Positions 1-11,236 of a DNA stretch of 64,000 nt are shown here, one piece after another; the stretch's first letter is position 1; each line of letters opens with the position of its first letter. The notes below the pieces were generated by a model. That model saw nothing but the letters and a program-made list of their open reading frames with translations, made no database searches and had not been told where the DNA came from. Position numbers and translations under genes: made by a program. The stretch spans positions 39,432,001 through 39,496,000 of the forward strand of contig NC_043000.1 in assembly GCF_006345805.1 (NCBI RefSeq), read 5' to 3'. This DNA comes from Octopus sinensis (lineage: Eukaryota).

Positions 1-202
1 TAATGTACTTTGGAAAGAGTCATCTCCCTTCACCACGTAATCCAAGGAAAGAGTATTTTCAGCCCCAAGAAATGAATCATTTTAAGAGCCTAAAACCATC
101 TCTGGATCATAAAGTAACATATGTTCGCAGTTTGGAGAGAATCATTTGAAAAATACGATCGTTATAATCTTTTACACACACACAGACTGAACGAGATTTA
201 TA

Positions 203-270
<68 letters not shown>
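203..270. repeat. (AC)n microsatellite
   Basis: Perfect CA dinucleotide run, seen directly. Confidence 0.98.
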
Positions 271-275
<5 letters not shown>

Positions 276-1029
276 TACATATATGTATGTATGTTTGTAT
301 CTATGTCTATGTCTGTGTTTGTTAGTATGTGTGTGTCAATGAAGTTACTAAACTTAATTTAACTCAAGATGAAATTTTACAGTTTTATTAGGTTCAGAAC
401 AGCAGTTGCTGCAAAGCTTACATTTAAGCTTGCCTGCAAATAGTATTTACACCCGAAATTCATTACCACTCCCATTTTTCTTGTAGCTTTCTTTTCTCCG
501 AGTATGACTCATATAAAATCGCGATCCATTTTATTGTGTGTCAGGTAAACTTCTTGAGTTGTCAAACTTGTAAGCCACACACAATGGCCGCATTTGTATA
601 GGAAGGGTAATATTGAAACCGAGTTAAATGATCCTGATTTTCTCCATTCCTCTTACACAGCATTAAATTGCGAGTATTGAGTCATATTTCTTATTAAAAA
701 TTAGTCTGCATAGACTTAGAAGACTGGGTTCAAACCACATTGCTGTGGGTTCAATCCCACTGCGTGGCATTATGAGTGACTGTCATTTGCAACAGCGTCA
801 GGCCGACCCAAGACTTCAAAAACTAGTGTTTTCCTTGCTAAACAACAACACTTTCTATGAGGTAATCACCAACTATAAACAACAAAAAAACACTCAAAAA
901 CCTCACCACCCTCATACTCCAACACGGTCAAGGGCTCACGGAAAAGAAATTTCAATTTTGCTTCTTTCTTTATGCCTCATTTATTTAATTTTAGTTCCAC
1001 GAAATTGTGCACGTACCTTCTATGTTGGC

Positions 1030-1565
1030 CCCTGGTGGGTAATAAAGAAATCGGTATTTCGTCTGCCGCTACGGTCTGAGTTCAAATTCCGCCGAGGTCG
1101 ACTTTGCCTTTCATCCTTTCGGGGTCGATTAAATAAGTACCAGTTACGCACTGGCGTCGATATAATCGACATAATCCATTTCTCTGTCCTTGTTTGTCCT
1201 CTCTGTGTTTAGCCCCTTGTGGGTAGTAAAGAAATAGGTATTTCGTCTGTCATTGAGTTCTGAGTTGAAATTCTGCCGAGGTCGACTTTGCCTTTCATCT
1301 TTTCGGGGTCGATAAATTAAGTACCAGTCACGCACTGGGGTCAATGTAATCGACTTCATCTCTTTGTCTGTCCTTGTTTGTCCCCTCTATGTTTATCTCC
1401 TTGTGGGCAATAAAGAAATAAGAAATAATGAATTATTTCTTATAATTATTTCTACGTACATACGCACATGGGCATAATCGTTCTGTGTTCGAATTCCGCC
1501 GAGGTCGACTTTGTCTTTCAGCCTTTCAGTGTCGATAAATTAAGTACCAGTTGCGTACTGAAAAT
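1030..1565 (+). repeat. Tandem ~190-bp SINE-like units (2 complete plus 1 partial)
   Basis: GAGTT(C/G)AAATT C(C/T)GCCGAGGTCGACTTTGCCTTTCATC...AATAAGTACCAG recurs at ~1075, ~1260 and, more diverged, at ~1490. The start resembles a tRNA B-box (GAGTTCAAATTCC). Antisense fragments of the same family recur in each 3.4-kb unit (e.g. ~25935-26005). Confidence 0.75.
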
Positions 1566-1609
1566 TTTAGTCTCAGTGTATCTTTTCTTTTCCATCCTCC
1601 TGCATAACT

Positions 1610-2219
1610 TTACTTGGTACATGCTCACATCAGTTCTCTGTTACTTCATATTGGTATATGCGGCAAAAGAGCCATTGAAGAGACACACACACTTTATCGT
1701 GGCGGCGCTTGTATTCTTTTTCTGCAAGGCTCTCACATCCACTTACCGAGTGGGTCACATTTTCCACACTCTTTCCACAGAGTCTGCATTTCTGGGTGTC
1801 AAAAGTTTTATAGATGTTATACTTCACTGAATTGGTAGCGAGAGCCTGGACTTGTGCAGCAATGGTCAGGCTTTCGGTGGTACGCTTCAGTTCACCTTGC
1901 TCAAGCCATGCCCCCGATGCTGAATTATCCTTAACCCCTTGTGTATACCTTTCAAACACTCCATGCATTTTCATTTCAAGAAGGTCTTCATTTCTTTCTC
2001 CGCAGCTCCTTGGTTAAACTCTTCATTGCCCATCATTTCTTCTGCATTTACACCCATATCTTTCGCAGAATATTGCAGCAGGTCTTCATCACTATTTATC
2101 AAAAATTGGGCAAGTGTTCTCTTTTCACTCCTTATACAATGGTCTATACTAATTAGTCCTCTGCCACCATTCTTTCTTTTCATACAGAGTCTGTTGACGT
2201 TTGCTTTGGGGTATTATTA

Positions 2220-2262
<43 letters not shown>

Positions 2263-3400
2263 TACTATTATTATTATTATTATTATTATATTCTCTGCAT
2301 CGCAGGTTTTGTTGTTGTTTCTGGAGTCTTGCATGTGTATTGGGTTTACTACATGCAGCCTGCGTTACCATGCCATCAGTTTTTTCAACTATCTAATACT
2401 TACCTGATTGTTATGGTTGTGCCAAGGATGCAAATCTTTTGTAACAGTTGTGTTCGTTACTCTATTCCAATTTCCTTTTTTTTCTTCTTGATGCCTTCTG
2501 ATACTGTTCCCAAGGACCCAACAATAATTAGCAATATCTTCACCTTGTTCATTTTCCACAGCCGGGATAATCCGTACTTAAGTGTGTTGTGTCTATATTT
2601 TCGCCTTCTTTCTTGACTAATCGTGGGTCAAATGGGCATGCAACATCTACTATAAAGCATACGTGGTGCACCCTGTCCAACACCACTAGGTCCGGTCCGT
2701 TGTGCTCTAGCACCTGATCTTTTTGAATTGAGAAATTCCAGAGGATTTTGCTAGTCTCTGACACCGTCACTCTCTGCGGTTTGTGCTCATATCACGATTT
2801 GCTTTTCTGTAGCCCACCTCTTATCGCACACATTTCAATGTAGCACTTTCACTACCTGGTCATGTCGCTACAACTTTTAGTCGTTTTATGCCATCTTAGG
2901 GCATTCATTTGTGATATAGACAATGGTTTCATTCACTCTATTGCAGATGCTGCACAACGGAGACATTTACTCATTCCTAAGGTTGACCCTCCAGTTCGTG
3001 GACAAAGTTTGGTCTTGCGCTGCCAGTATAGTGCTCTCTGTCTCTTTCTTTTTAGGGTTCCTTACATCAGCCAATCCCATCTATTTTTCCCTGCAACTTC
3101 TGTTGTAGCTATATGGGATTGATGGTGTTGTCCCTTCTTGTGTAATTATTCTTCATATTCTTTTTGGACTTCTTCCATTGTTTTCCCTTATCTTCTCTGC
3201 TCTGAGTGCTCTCTCTTTCCTTTCTGCCTCCAGCAATGTTTCCTTACTTTGGGCTAGGTATCTCATTAAGCCCTCGAGTTCAATACGCACGCCGTCTTCC
3301 ACACTTATCAGTTCCTTTTCTTCATTGCTGTGGGAACTGGTGCTTCGTAAAAATACTGGTAATTGTATCAATTAACAAGCACCTAGAACACTCCGTGGGG
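1610..3400 (-). mobile_element. Decayed R4/Dong-like (RLE-type) non-LTR retrotransposon 3' fragments, interrupted by (ATT)n at ~2213-2290
   Basis: Minus-strand translations contain KCRLCGKSVENVTHSVSGC...EYKRRHDKV (CCHC knuckle plus RHD) and KILWNFSIQKDQVLEHNGPDLVVLD...IVDVACPFD (PD..D restriction-like endonuclease). Multiple stops and frameshifts. Confidence 0.85.
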
Positions 3401-4209
3401 TGGTTGCAGTTAGGAATGGCATCCAGCCTTAGAAATCACGACAAAACAAATGATCGGGGCCTGGAGTAGATTTTCGGTGTCAAAATGTCGAACCCATGCC
3501 AGCAAGGAGGATGGACTTTAATCATTGATGATGAGCAGGATGACGACGTTGATTCTGGCAGAAACTGAATGAATGCCTTGAAGAGGTGCAGTCCTCAGAG
3601 CTATAATTCATATACAAAGGGTAAACACACGGAATGGTAGCGGCCGTATCCATGAACGAAAAAGAAGATAGGTGGATGAGGGAGAGGGGGAGGGAGAAGG
3701 GGAGGATGAAGAAGGAGGAGGGGAGAAGGAGGAGGAGGAGAAGGCGGATGGGGAGAAGGCGGATGGGGAGGGAAGAAGAAACTCGTTAGCGTTTATATTG
3801 AAAACTGTTTTTGCCATTCGCCAATTGTCTTGAAATATTCTGGTTGAAATCTCCCCTGGCACATTTCGTATCCAGAGCGTGGATCTCTTTCTTTCGTGAC
3901 TTTATGTTCAGCAATGTCGGCAAACTATGGCCCTTTTTTATATTCGGGATCTCTAACCGAATTTTCAGCCAACCAAAGAGTTCCTGAAAAAATATCAATC
4001 AATATTATTCTTTGATTCGCTTCATCATTGATTGAAGCATTTTGTTCTTCTTTTTATTATGCCTAATAAAGACAAACAAAAGACGTAACACTTTCGTTAC
4101 GTAAAACTACCCACATTACGAACGACTCAGCTACGAAAATGAAACTGTCAATTTTTAAATAAAAACATTTATATTCTTTTCTTTTACTCTTGTTTTTCTC
4201 TACCAATTG

Positions 4210-4410
4210 ACTGCTACCATGCTGGAGCGCCGCCTTAAAGAGCTTTAGTCGAGGAATCGACCCCCAGGACTTACTCTTTTGAAGCCTAGTACTAATTCTA
4301 TCCATCCCTTTTGCCAAATCGCAAAGTTGCGGTACGTAAACACACCGACATCGGTTGTCAAGCAATGGCGGGGTACAAACACAGACACAAAGGACACACA
4401 CACACACACA
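4210..4410 (-). mobile_element. SINE 3' half
   Basis: Antisense match to the 3' part of the SINE at 5056-5460 (...GCGGCGCTCCAGCATGG...CAGTCAA). Confidence 0.7.
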
Positions 4411-4420
4411 TATATAATAT

Positions 4421-4453
<33 letters not shown>

Positions 4454-5055
4454 TTATTTATTTATCAAAAGAAAAAACAGGATGCAAAGGATTTTGCGGT
4501 ACATATGTTTCTGGCTTTATTGAGCAATTTATATCAATGCATAATTGATATAGCATGTAGGTCAACAGCCTTCTTCAGCCGCGTACAATTACCACACCAA
4601 AGACATGTATTACATTATAGCAGGTTTGAGAGGAAGTTTGGGAAAAAAACGAGTTACATTGGGAAGGCAAATCCTCATAGTCGTATATAGCATAGCGAGA
4701 CACCAAAACAAAACGTCCATACCGTTTTTTCAGTCGATAAGGAATGAGATGGGTTGAATGTTGAGAGAAAGGGGGAGGAGGTGGGGGGGGGAGACTCTTT
4801 AACGAAGTTGGGATCACAAAGAGGAAAAGGTATATGTATAAGTTTAAACGTGATTATACAGGAATAATGGTAATAAAATGAGTAAAGATGTAAAAAAATA
4901 AGTATATGCAGATACAAAGTATATCGTGTGTAGGTCATAAATTCAAGGGATGTATTGTGACAGTGTAGAAGGTATCAGACCTAAAGGGTAAAGAGTAAGT
5001 TTAAGTAAAAAATAACAAGGAAATACAGGGATAAAAAAATAAAAAAAGAAATATA

Positions 5056-5226
5056 GGCGCAGAAGTGGCTGTGTGGTAAGTAGCTTGCTTACCAACCACA
5101 TGGTCCCGGGTTCAGTCCCACTGCGTGGCATCTTGGGCAAGTGTCTTCTGCTATAGCCCCGGGCCGACCAATGCCTTGTGAGTGGATTTGGTAGACGGAA
5201 ACTGAAAGAAGCCTGTCGTATATATG

Positions 5227-5259
<33 letters not shown>

Positions 5260-5460
5260 TTGTGTGTCTGTGTTTGTCCCCCTAGCATTGCTTGACAACC
5301 GATGCTGGTGTGTTTACGTCCCCGTTACTTAGCGGTTCGGCAAAAGAGAACGATAGAATAAGTACTGGGCTTACAAAGAATAAGTCCCGGGGTCGATTTG
5401 CTCGACTAAAGGCGGTGCTCCAGCATGGCCGCAGTCAAATGACTGAAACAAGTAAAAGAG
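5056..5460 (+). mobile_element. tRNA-derived SINE with internal (TA/TG)n tract
   Basis: A-box-like TGGCTGTGTGGT, B-box-like GGGTTCAGTCCC, central TTGGGCAAGTGTCTTC motif, and a tail ending ...GAAACAAGTAAAAGAGTAAAGAG. Confidence 0.85.
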
Positions 5461-5744
5461 TAAAGAGTAAGAGTATAAGAAGTGGACATAAAGATAAAGT
5501 AAGATGAGAATAAAGAGATACAGAAAAATACATGGTGGTTAGAAAGTATGGGTTAGGGCTGATGTTTAGTGAGTGTCATAAATTAAAACTTAATTATCTG
5601 GGGAGTGGAATGGTAGTGGGTGAATGGTTAATTTAAGTTGTGTGCTCTGGTGTGTCTATAGTCTGGAACTGTATTATAATCAATCAACATATATATATAC
5701 TGTTTCAATCTCATTCTGAGATTTAATTATGCTTACTTATATCT

Positions 5745-5950
5745 ATTTGCAAAGGAGCCTTCTCTTTCATCGCTACCTGGTGGTTACCGCCCGTTGACGA
5801 GGGACAAAAATCCCGAAACTAGTTCGAGCGTATCACTCAGGCTTGCGAGGAAGGGATGGCCTCGCTTTGCAAATACTCCAAGGACACAGATATTGTGTCT
5901 AAAGCCAGCTAGAGACGAATATCTCTTGGGGCTATAAAGCTACAGTAACA
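5745..5950 (+). mobile_element. Hammerhead-bearing repeat, uninterrupted copy (Penelope pseudo-LTR- or retrozyme-like)
   Basis: Aligns by eye with the rebuilt junction 9361-9391 + 16507-16650. Shared blocks are GCAAA..TCTC..ATCG..ACC.GGTG.TTACCG..CGTTGACGAG, GTATCACT.AGG, CTTTGC.AATA, TGTGTCTAAAGCCAGCT and TGGGGCTA.AAGC. Confidence 0.8.
5782..5836 (+). ncRNA. Minimal type I hammerhead ribozyme motif (U3 core variant)
   Basis: Stem I CGCCCG(5788-93)/CGAGCG(5825-30), core UUGACGA, stem II GGGA-caaaaa-UCCC, GAAA, palindromic helix III AACTAGTT, predicted site GUU at 5822-5824, outer stem GUGGU/AUCAC. Confidence 0.8.
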
Positions 5951-5996
5951 CCCCCTCCCCAATGTGGTTAGCCATGATAAGATGGCTTCTATACTT

Positions 5997-5997
<1 letters not shown>

Positions 5998-6038
<41 letters not shown>

Positions 6039-6344
6039 CATATACATGTACAGACACGTACACGCACACATACGCATACACATATGTATGTATACACATA
6101 TACACACACATATAACTATATATATATATATATATACACCCATATAAAAGTAAAGTACACACCCGGATACACAAATACATAGATGCCGCTACACACGCAT
6201 ACATAAACCCGCACATATATATATATATACATACACACACATATATATATATATACACATCCATATCTACACATGTATATATACACCTATATACATGCAT
6301 ACAAATACACCCACATACATATACACACACGTACACACATACAT

Positions 6345-6393
<49 letters not shown>

Positions 6394-7021
6394 CATATAT
6401 GTACACACATACACACATGGAAAACCGTGCATGCACCTACATAAAAGAACCTACGTACATACGCACATGGGCACAAACACGTATATACACCCATACTTAA
6501 GTAATCATATCGCTGTGTATATACACACATATGTATACATACACATATATACATGCACACTCACACATGCACATACACACACGCATATGTATATATATGT
6601 GTGTGTATACCCATATATATACATGCACATGTACACATGTACGCGTATACAAAGATACCTAAACATAAAACAAACACATGCATACGCCGACATGTATGCG
6701 TCCCTACAGGTTCACCCAAGTTCATGCGTGCACATACCTGTTTACATGTGCATACACACATACGTCCACCCACGTGCACGAGTGCACATAACATCATACA
6801 TACAAACACACCCAGATTCATAAACCTACACATATGCATCTATACATGCACAGAAACTAGTGCACCCGTTCACATGTATGCACACACGTGCACATGTATT
6901 CTTATGCACTCGAGCAAAGAAGTACTAAAATATATACACACACACACACACATATATATATATACATATATATACATATATATATATATAAATATATACA
7001 CACATACATACATAAACATAC

Positions 7022-7058
<37 letters not shown>

Positions 7059-7075
7059 CACATACACACACACAC

Positions 7076-7106
<31 letters not shown>

Positions 7107-7340
7107 CACTCCATACAGGCATATATATACACACAAAACTACAGGTGCCCACATAGATATACTCACATGCACATCTATGCCCATATACTCATATACACAC
7201 GTGTGCACGAATGTGTGTACGCCTGCGCAGGTACATACTTCCACGCAAGGGTACGTGTAACTCTCGAAATATACAGATCTCCACACCTATGCGTTCGAAG
7301 ATTCATTCCCGCACACACGCAAAAAGAACCCACATAGACT
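5998..7340. repeat. (AT)/(AC)-rich cryptically simple sequence
   Basis: Degenerate ATAC/ACAT/AT repeats. All ORFs here are H/T/Y/I-rich artefacts. Confidence 0.9.
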
Positions 7341-7948
7341 AAATGTCTGTCTCGAATACGGTGATGTAGCGATTATAAACAATTATAAAACAATTATAAA
7401 AAAATTATAAATAAATAATTAGCAAATTATGATGCGTAAGGGTAAATCAGAAAAGGAAGAAAAAAAGAAAAAAGTTAAGAGATACGGCAAACTTAGAGGA
7501 AAATAAAAACAGAAATAAAAATGTGGATCAATAAATTAAACAAGCGTTTAGAGGGTTAGAGATTAAGAAGTTCAAATAGATGGGAAAGTAAAGGCGAAGA
7601 TGAAAGGATAAACATGAAAGTAAAAATGAAAATAAAAATAAGAATAAAAATAAAAATAAGAATAAAAATAAAATGAAGATAAAAATAAAGGTGAATGTAA
7701 ACGTAAAAACCCAGAAAGGTAGGAAAACATAGGTAGGAAAAGGGGAAATTAGGGAACAATCAAAGGTGAAAAAAGGGGGAGTTGAGGGGGATGAAAAACA
7801 ACTTAGGGGAATAGCCTCGATATCAAAATTAGAAGTGATGGGAAAAATGATGGGAAAAAATGAACGAGATGTGCTGGGGTTAACAGTGCTGTAAGTAGAT
7901 ATGAGGATGTTACATGGGAGAGTTATGTATATGAGCCTAAGCCTTGTA

Positions 7949-8199
7949 TTATTTGAAGGTTTTAGTCAGTTTATGTATACAAGAAGGTTTTAATTCGTAT
8001 CTTTTATTAATTAATTTGTTTTTCTCCTTGAATTTAATGATATTCAGGAGTTCTACATTACATAGCTGGCACCCTGATCTATTATTTCTATAAGGTGCAG
8101 CTGATCCGATAATGGACCACCTAAGGCTAAAATCTATGTTGTTGTCTTTAAGTTCCCAAATTTTGCTAGATAAAGAAGTGCTGCTAGCCTTGTGTCCGA

Positions 8200-8204
<5 letters not shown>
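7949..8204 (-). mobile_element. Penelope-like element 3' fragment (GIY-YIG endonuclease C-terminus)
   Basis: TSLSSKIWELKDNNIDFSLRWSIIGSAAPY...CQLCNVELLNI...LINKRYELKPSCIH matches the PLE C-terminal pattern (LS..IW.LK...W.I...PY...C.LC..E...N.R.E....C.H). Confidence 0.85.
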
Positions 8205-8229
<25 letters not shown>

Positions 8230-8234
<5 letters not shown>

Positions 8235-8605
8235 CAGAACCCCGTTGTACGAATGCCCCATTGGACGAGGAATTTGCTGTACGAGCCGAGCCGCGTGCGA
8301 ATTTTTGTCTTGAAGTACGAGCGCGAATCCGCAGAACGAGGACACAAATCGTCCCATTTTAAAGTAATTCAGGTAATAAAACCAGTTTTCATATTTCGTT
8401 TTTAGTCTCTTCTTTTCCCAATAGTCATTTTAATTGTAACCTCAACTTTTCTGTTTTAAAAATCATAACATAAAGTATTTTAAAGTGGTTTTTGTGAACT
8501 GGAACGGATTAATTATATTTTGGCTAATTTTAACGGGGTAATTGCTTTGTAAAGCGACAAAATCGGTCATGGAACGAATTAAACTCGTACTGCGAGGTAT
8601 CTCTG

Positions 8606-8606
<1 letters not shown>
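8230..8606. mobile_element. Probable pogo/Tigger-like non-autonomous DNA transposon in a (TA)n tract
   Basis: Ends are TA-CAGCAGAACCCC and GAGGTATCTCTG-TA, i.e. imperfect terminal inverted repeats with TA flanks. Internal GTACGA/GAACGA repeats. Confidence 0.55.
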
Positions 8607-8636
<30 letters not shown>

Positions 8637-9049
8637 TATATATATATTATATATATATATACAACGGGCTTCTTTCGGTTTCCGCCTACCTAATTCACTT
8701 GCCCAAGTAGCCATGCAGTAGGACTAAACTCTCGACCGTGTAGTTAGAAAGCAGTCTTCCTACCACACAGCCAAACATACGGCTATATTCACTATTATTT
8801 AAAATGTTACCGCAATACAAATATTATATGTGTGAATATATGTGTTTGTATGTGTGTTTGTGTGTGTATGTATGTATGTATGTATGTATGTATGTGTGTA
8901 TGTATGTATGTATGCATGTATGCAAACTGTGTTTGAAGTGTGTGCAGATATTGTATATTCAGAAAAAGGAGGTAGACAGAATTTCGGATAATTCTTTATT
9001 AGTGATATCGTTCGTTTAACCGAAGTGATTGGTTTATCAAATGAAAGCG

Positions 9050-9290
9050 CTAATGAAGAATTATCCAAAATTCTGACAGACCCCTTTTTTTAATATATGC
9101 TAAACGTAGTTATATCGATGACAGATTAGAATTCTTAGCTAAGGGAGAGGCGTTTATTACTTTAAAAGACCATAAATCCCATTTTCTTGATAATTCTACA
9201 GATAGAGTGTTAAACCGGGCTAGAAAAGTACTTGGAAATATTAATATTAGAGCGAGGGAAATTATTGGGCTTTAACAATGGAATAACAGT
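9050..9290 (+). mobile_element. Decayed Penelope-like RT N-terminal fragment
   Basis: Translates as IDDRLEFLAKGEAFITLKDHKSHFLDNS...GNINIRAREIIGL*QWNN, resembling the FITLKDHK...RLIN...QWKN region of invertebrate PLE RTs. Confidence 0.7.
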
Positions 9291-9376
9291 TTTATTATTG
9301 CTTTCAGACAGTTTTTCGAAATCAGCGACAGTGGTTGCTGGGAAAAACATTAAATAAATATTCGCAAATAGGTCTC

Positions 9377-9391
9377 TCCAATCGAAAACCG
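9377..9391 (+). repeat. Target-site duplication copy 1 (TCCAATCGAAAACCG)
   Basis: Identical 15-mer at 9377-9391, 10999-11013 and 16492-16506. Confidence 0.92.
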
Positions 9392-10998
9392 CTTTTTTTT
9401 GTGTCAGAATTTTTGATTGCGTTATTGGTGTGTCGAGGTTGTGAGTTCGAGTTCGTTGGTGAAGGCCGTTGAGACGTGGTGAATTTTTTTTTTTTTTGAG
9501 ATTTTTCGAAAATGCAAGCCCAGGCGTATGCGGGAGCGGCAGGCAGAAGCCTGACTGCGAGTGAACTAGAGCTGGAAGAAGTGGTAGTCGAGAAAGAGAC
9601 TTTGGAAAAATATTTCGACAGCTTGAAGAAGGAAGGTGATTGTGTGAGAGTCACACCGTCTGAAGAAGAAGCAAAAGAAGCGGAGAAACGTATGATAACA
9701 TACAGAACGTGGAGCGTGGCTTCAAAGAAAATAGAAGTGGCAGAGACGGAGGAAATAGAGAAATGTCTGCAGGGAATTGAGGGAGAACCTACCTTTTACA
9801 ACAGAGGAAGAAAATACGCTACAATGGTTGTCCATTTTAAAAAACGAAAATGAAGCGAGAAGGAATGCTACGAAAATTTTGAAATCTGAAAGATGGACAT
9901 TATTACCAAGTTACTGCGGAAAGAGGGCAGTAAGAATAAGAATCGGTAGGATTTCGCCGGAGCTTAATATGGAAAGGATTCTAGCGGCAGTGGTTTTCAA
10001 CTGCAAGGAAAGCGTTGAGGTGTTGAAGGTGGAAAGGTCAACAGAAGTAAAGTGGTGGGGATATGCGGTGCAGGTTCTAGTACATATAACCGTGCCAGAC
10101 CTGTACAACATCCCGGAGGAGTTGGTGTTCCCTGATGAGTCACGTCTTAGAGTCGTGGTGGAGGGGAGACCCCAGTGTGTTACAAATGCAAAATAAGAGG
10201 CCACATGAAGGATGTGTCCGCTGGGAGAAGTGCAGGAGAAAACGATAGCACTGGAGGCTTTAACGAAGGAGTGGAAAGATACGTGTGTGGAGGAGGAAAT
10301 CATCACTACAGATAATGTGGAAAGTGGTGAAGAGTTGGAGAAAGAAAATAGAAAAAGAACGCGGGTGGAATCACCACCCAAAGAACAAAAAAAAAAAGAA
10401 GAAAAAATCGAAAAACAATATTACTGACGAGAGGAAAGACCGAACGTGCGAAGGGAGTGATGCAGAAGCAAAAGCAAGTGAACCAGCAAAATTAACAGCA
10501 GAGGAAGAATGGGACAGAAAAATGGAAGAGCAGTTGAAAGTTTGTAAGAGAGGAGGAAGACCCAAAGGAAAGAAACACAGAGTGGTAATGTTATATTTCA
10601 AGGACAAAAATACGGAAAAGATGTTGGCAGGTAGGAAAGGTTTAATTAGAGTAAAGTTGAACCCAGAAACATATGATGACCAGTGGAAGGCGGTAATTGT
10701 GGAGAGAGAGACATTGGAGAAAATGAGATATGATAATAGTGTATGTGAATGGTTATATGTACGTTATGACACTTTGCCAGCTATTGTGGATCAGGAGAGG
10801 TTGATAGAACGACCAGTATAGCAGAACTGTGTTTTAAATGAAGCTGCGAGTTTTGGGGGGCTCGTAATCCGTTCCATCTAATCCATTATAAATATTCATT
10901 TCACTTCATATTTTTCAATTTTTTTATTATACGTACCTCGTGTCCTGATTGTAATGTCCCCTCTTAATTCGGGCCTTAGTGCCTATAATAAAGATAAA
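9392..10998 (+). mobile_element. ORF1-only Tx1/L1-type element (HAL1-like), element A
   Basis: T-rich 5' end. Frameshifted ORF1 at 9512-10821 has blocks homologous to element B ORF1 (KRMITYRTW..EKC, NRGRKYATMVVHF, RVVVEGRP plus a CYKCKIRGH knuckle). No ORF2. The 3' end TGTAATGTCCC...ATAATAAAGATAAA is shared with element B. Confidence 0.8.
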
Positions 10999-11013
10999 TC
11001 CAATCGAAAACCG
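10999..11013 (+). repeat. Target-site duplication copy 2
   Basis: TCCAATCGAAAACCG lies between elements A and B. Confidence 0.92.
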
Positions 11014-11236
11014 GTTTTTTTAAAATTTTTCCTCGGAGTATATCAAATATTTTTCTGTTGCTGCAAATCGTTGTGTGAGTTCGTTTCTGTTTGTCTACTT
11101 TGTTGTGTTACCCGTATAATAATTGTTGACCTGTTTTTGACCCAGTAACTTTCGCCCTTCGGGGTAGAAAATTTATGTGTGTTTTTTTTTGTGTGTGAAC
11201 TCTTAACCTGTATAGGTTATTTTTGAAAAAATTCCC

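Noticed and set aside
4500-4740. Possible further Penelope GIY-YIG tail on the + strand
   Set aside because: The resemblance is only faint (AAYNYHTK, YIGKANP), with stops and missing key cysteines.
5900-7340. Many ORFs of 60-235 aa rich in H/T/Y/I/C/V
   Set aside because: These are translations of (AT)/(AC) simple sequence, open in several frames on both strands.
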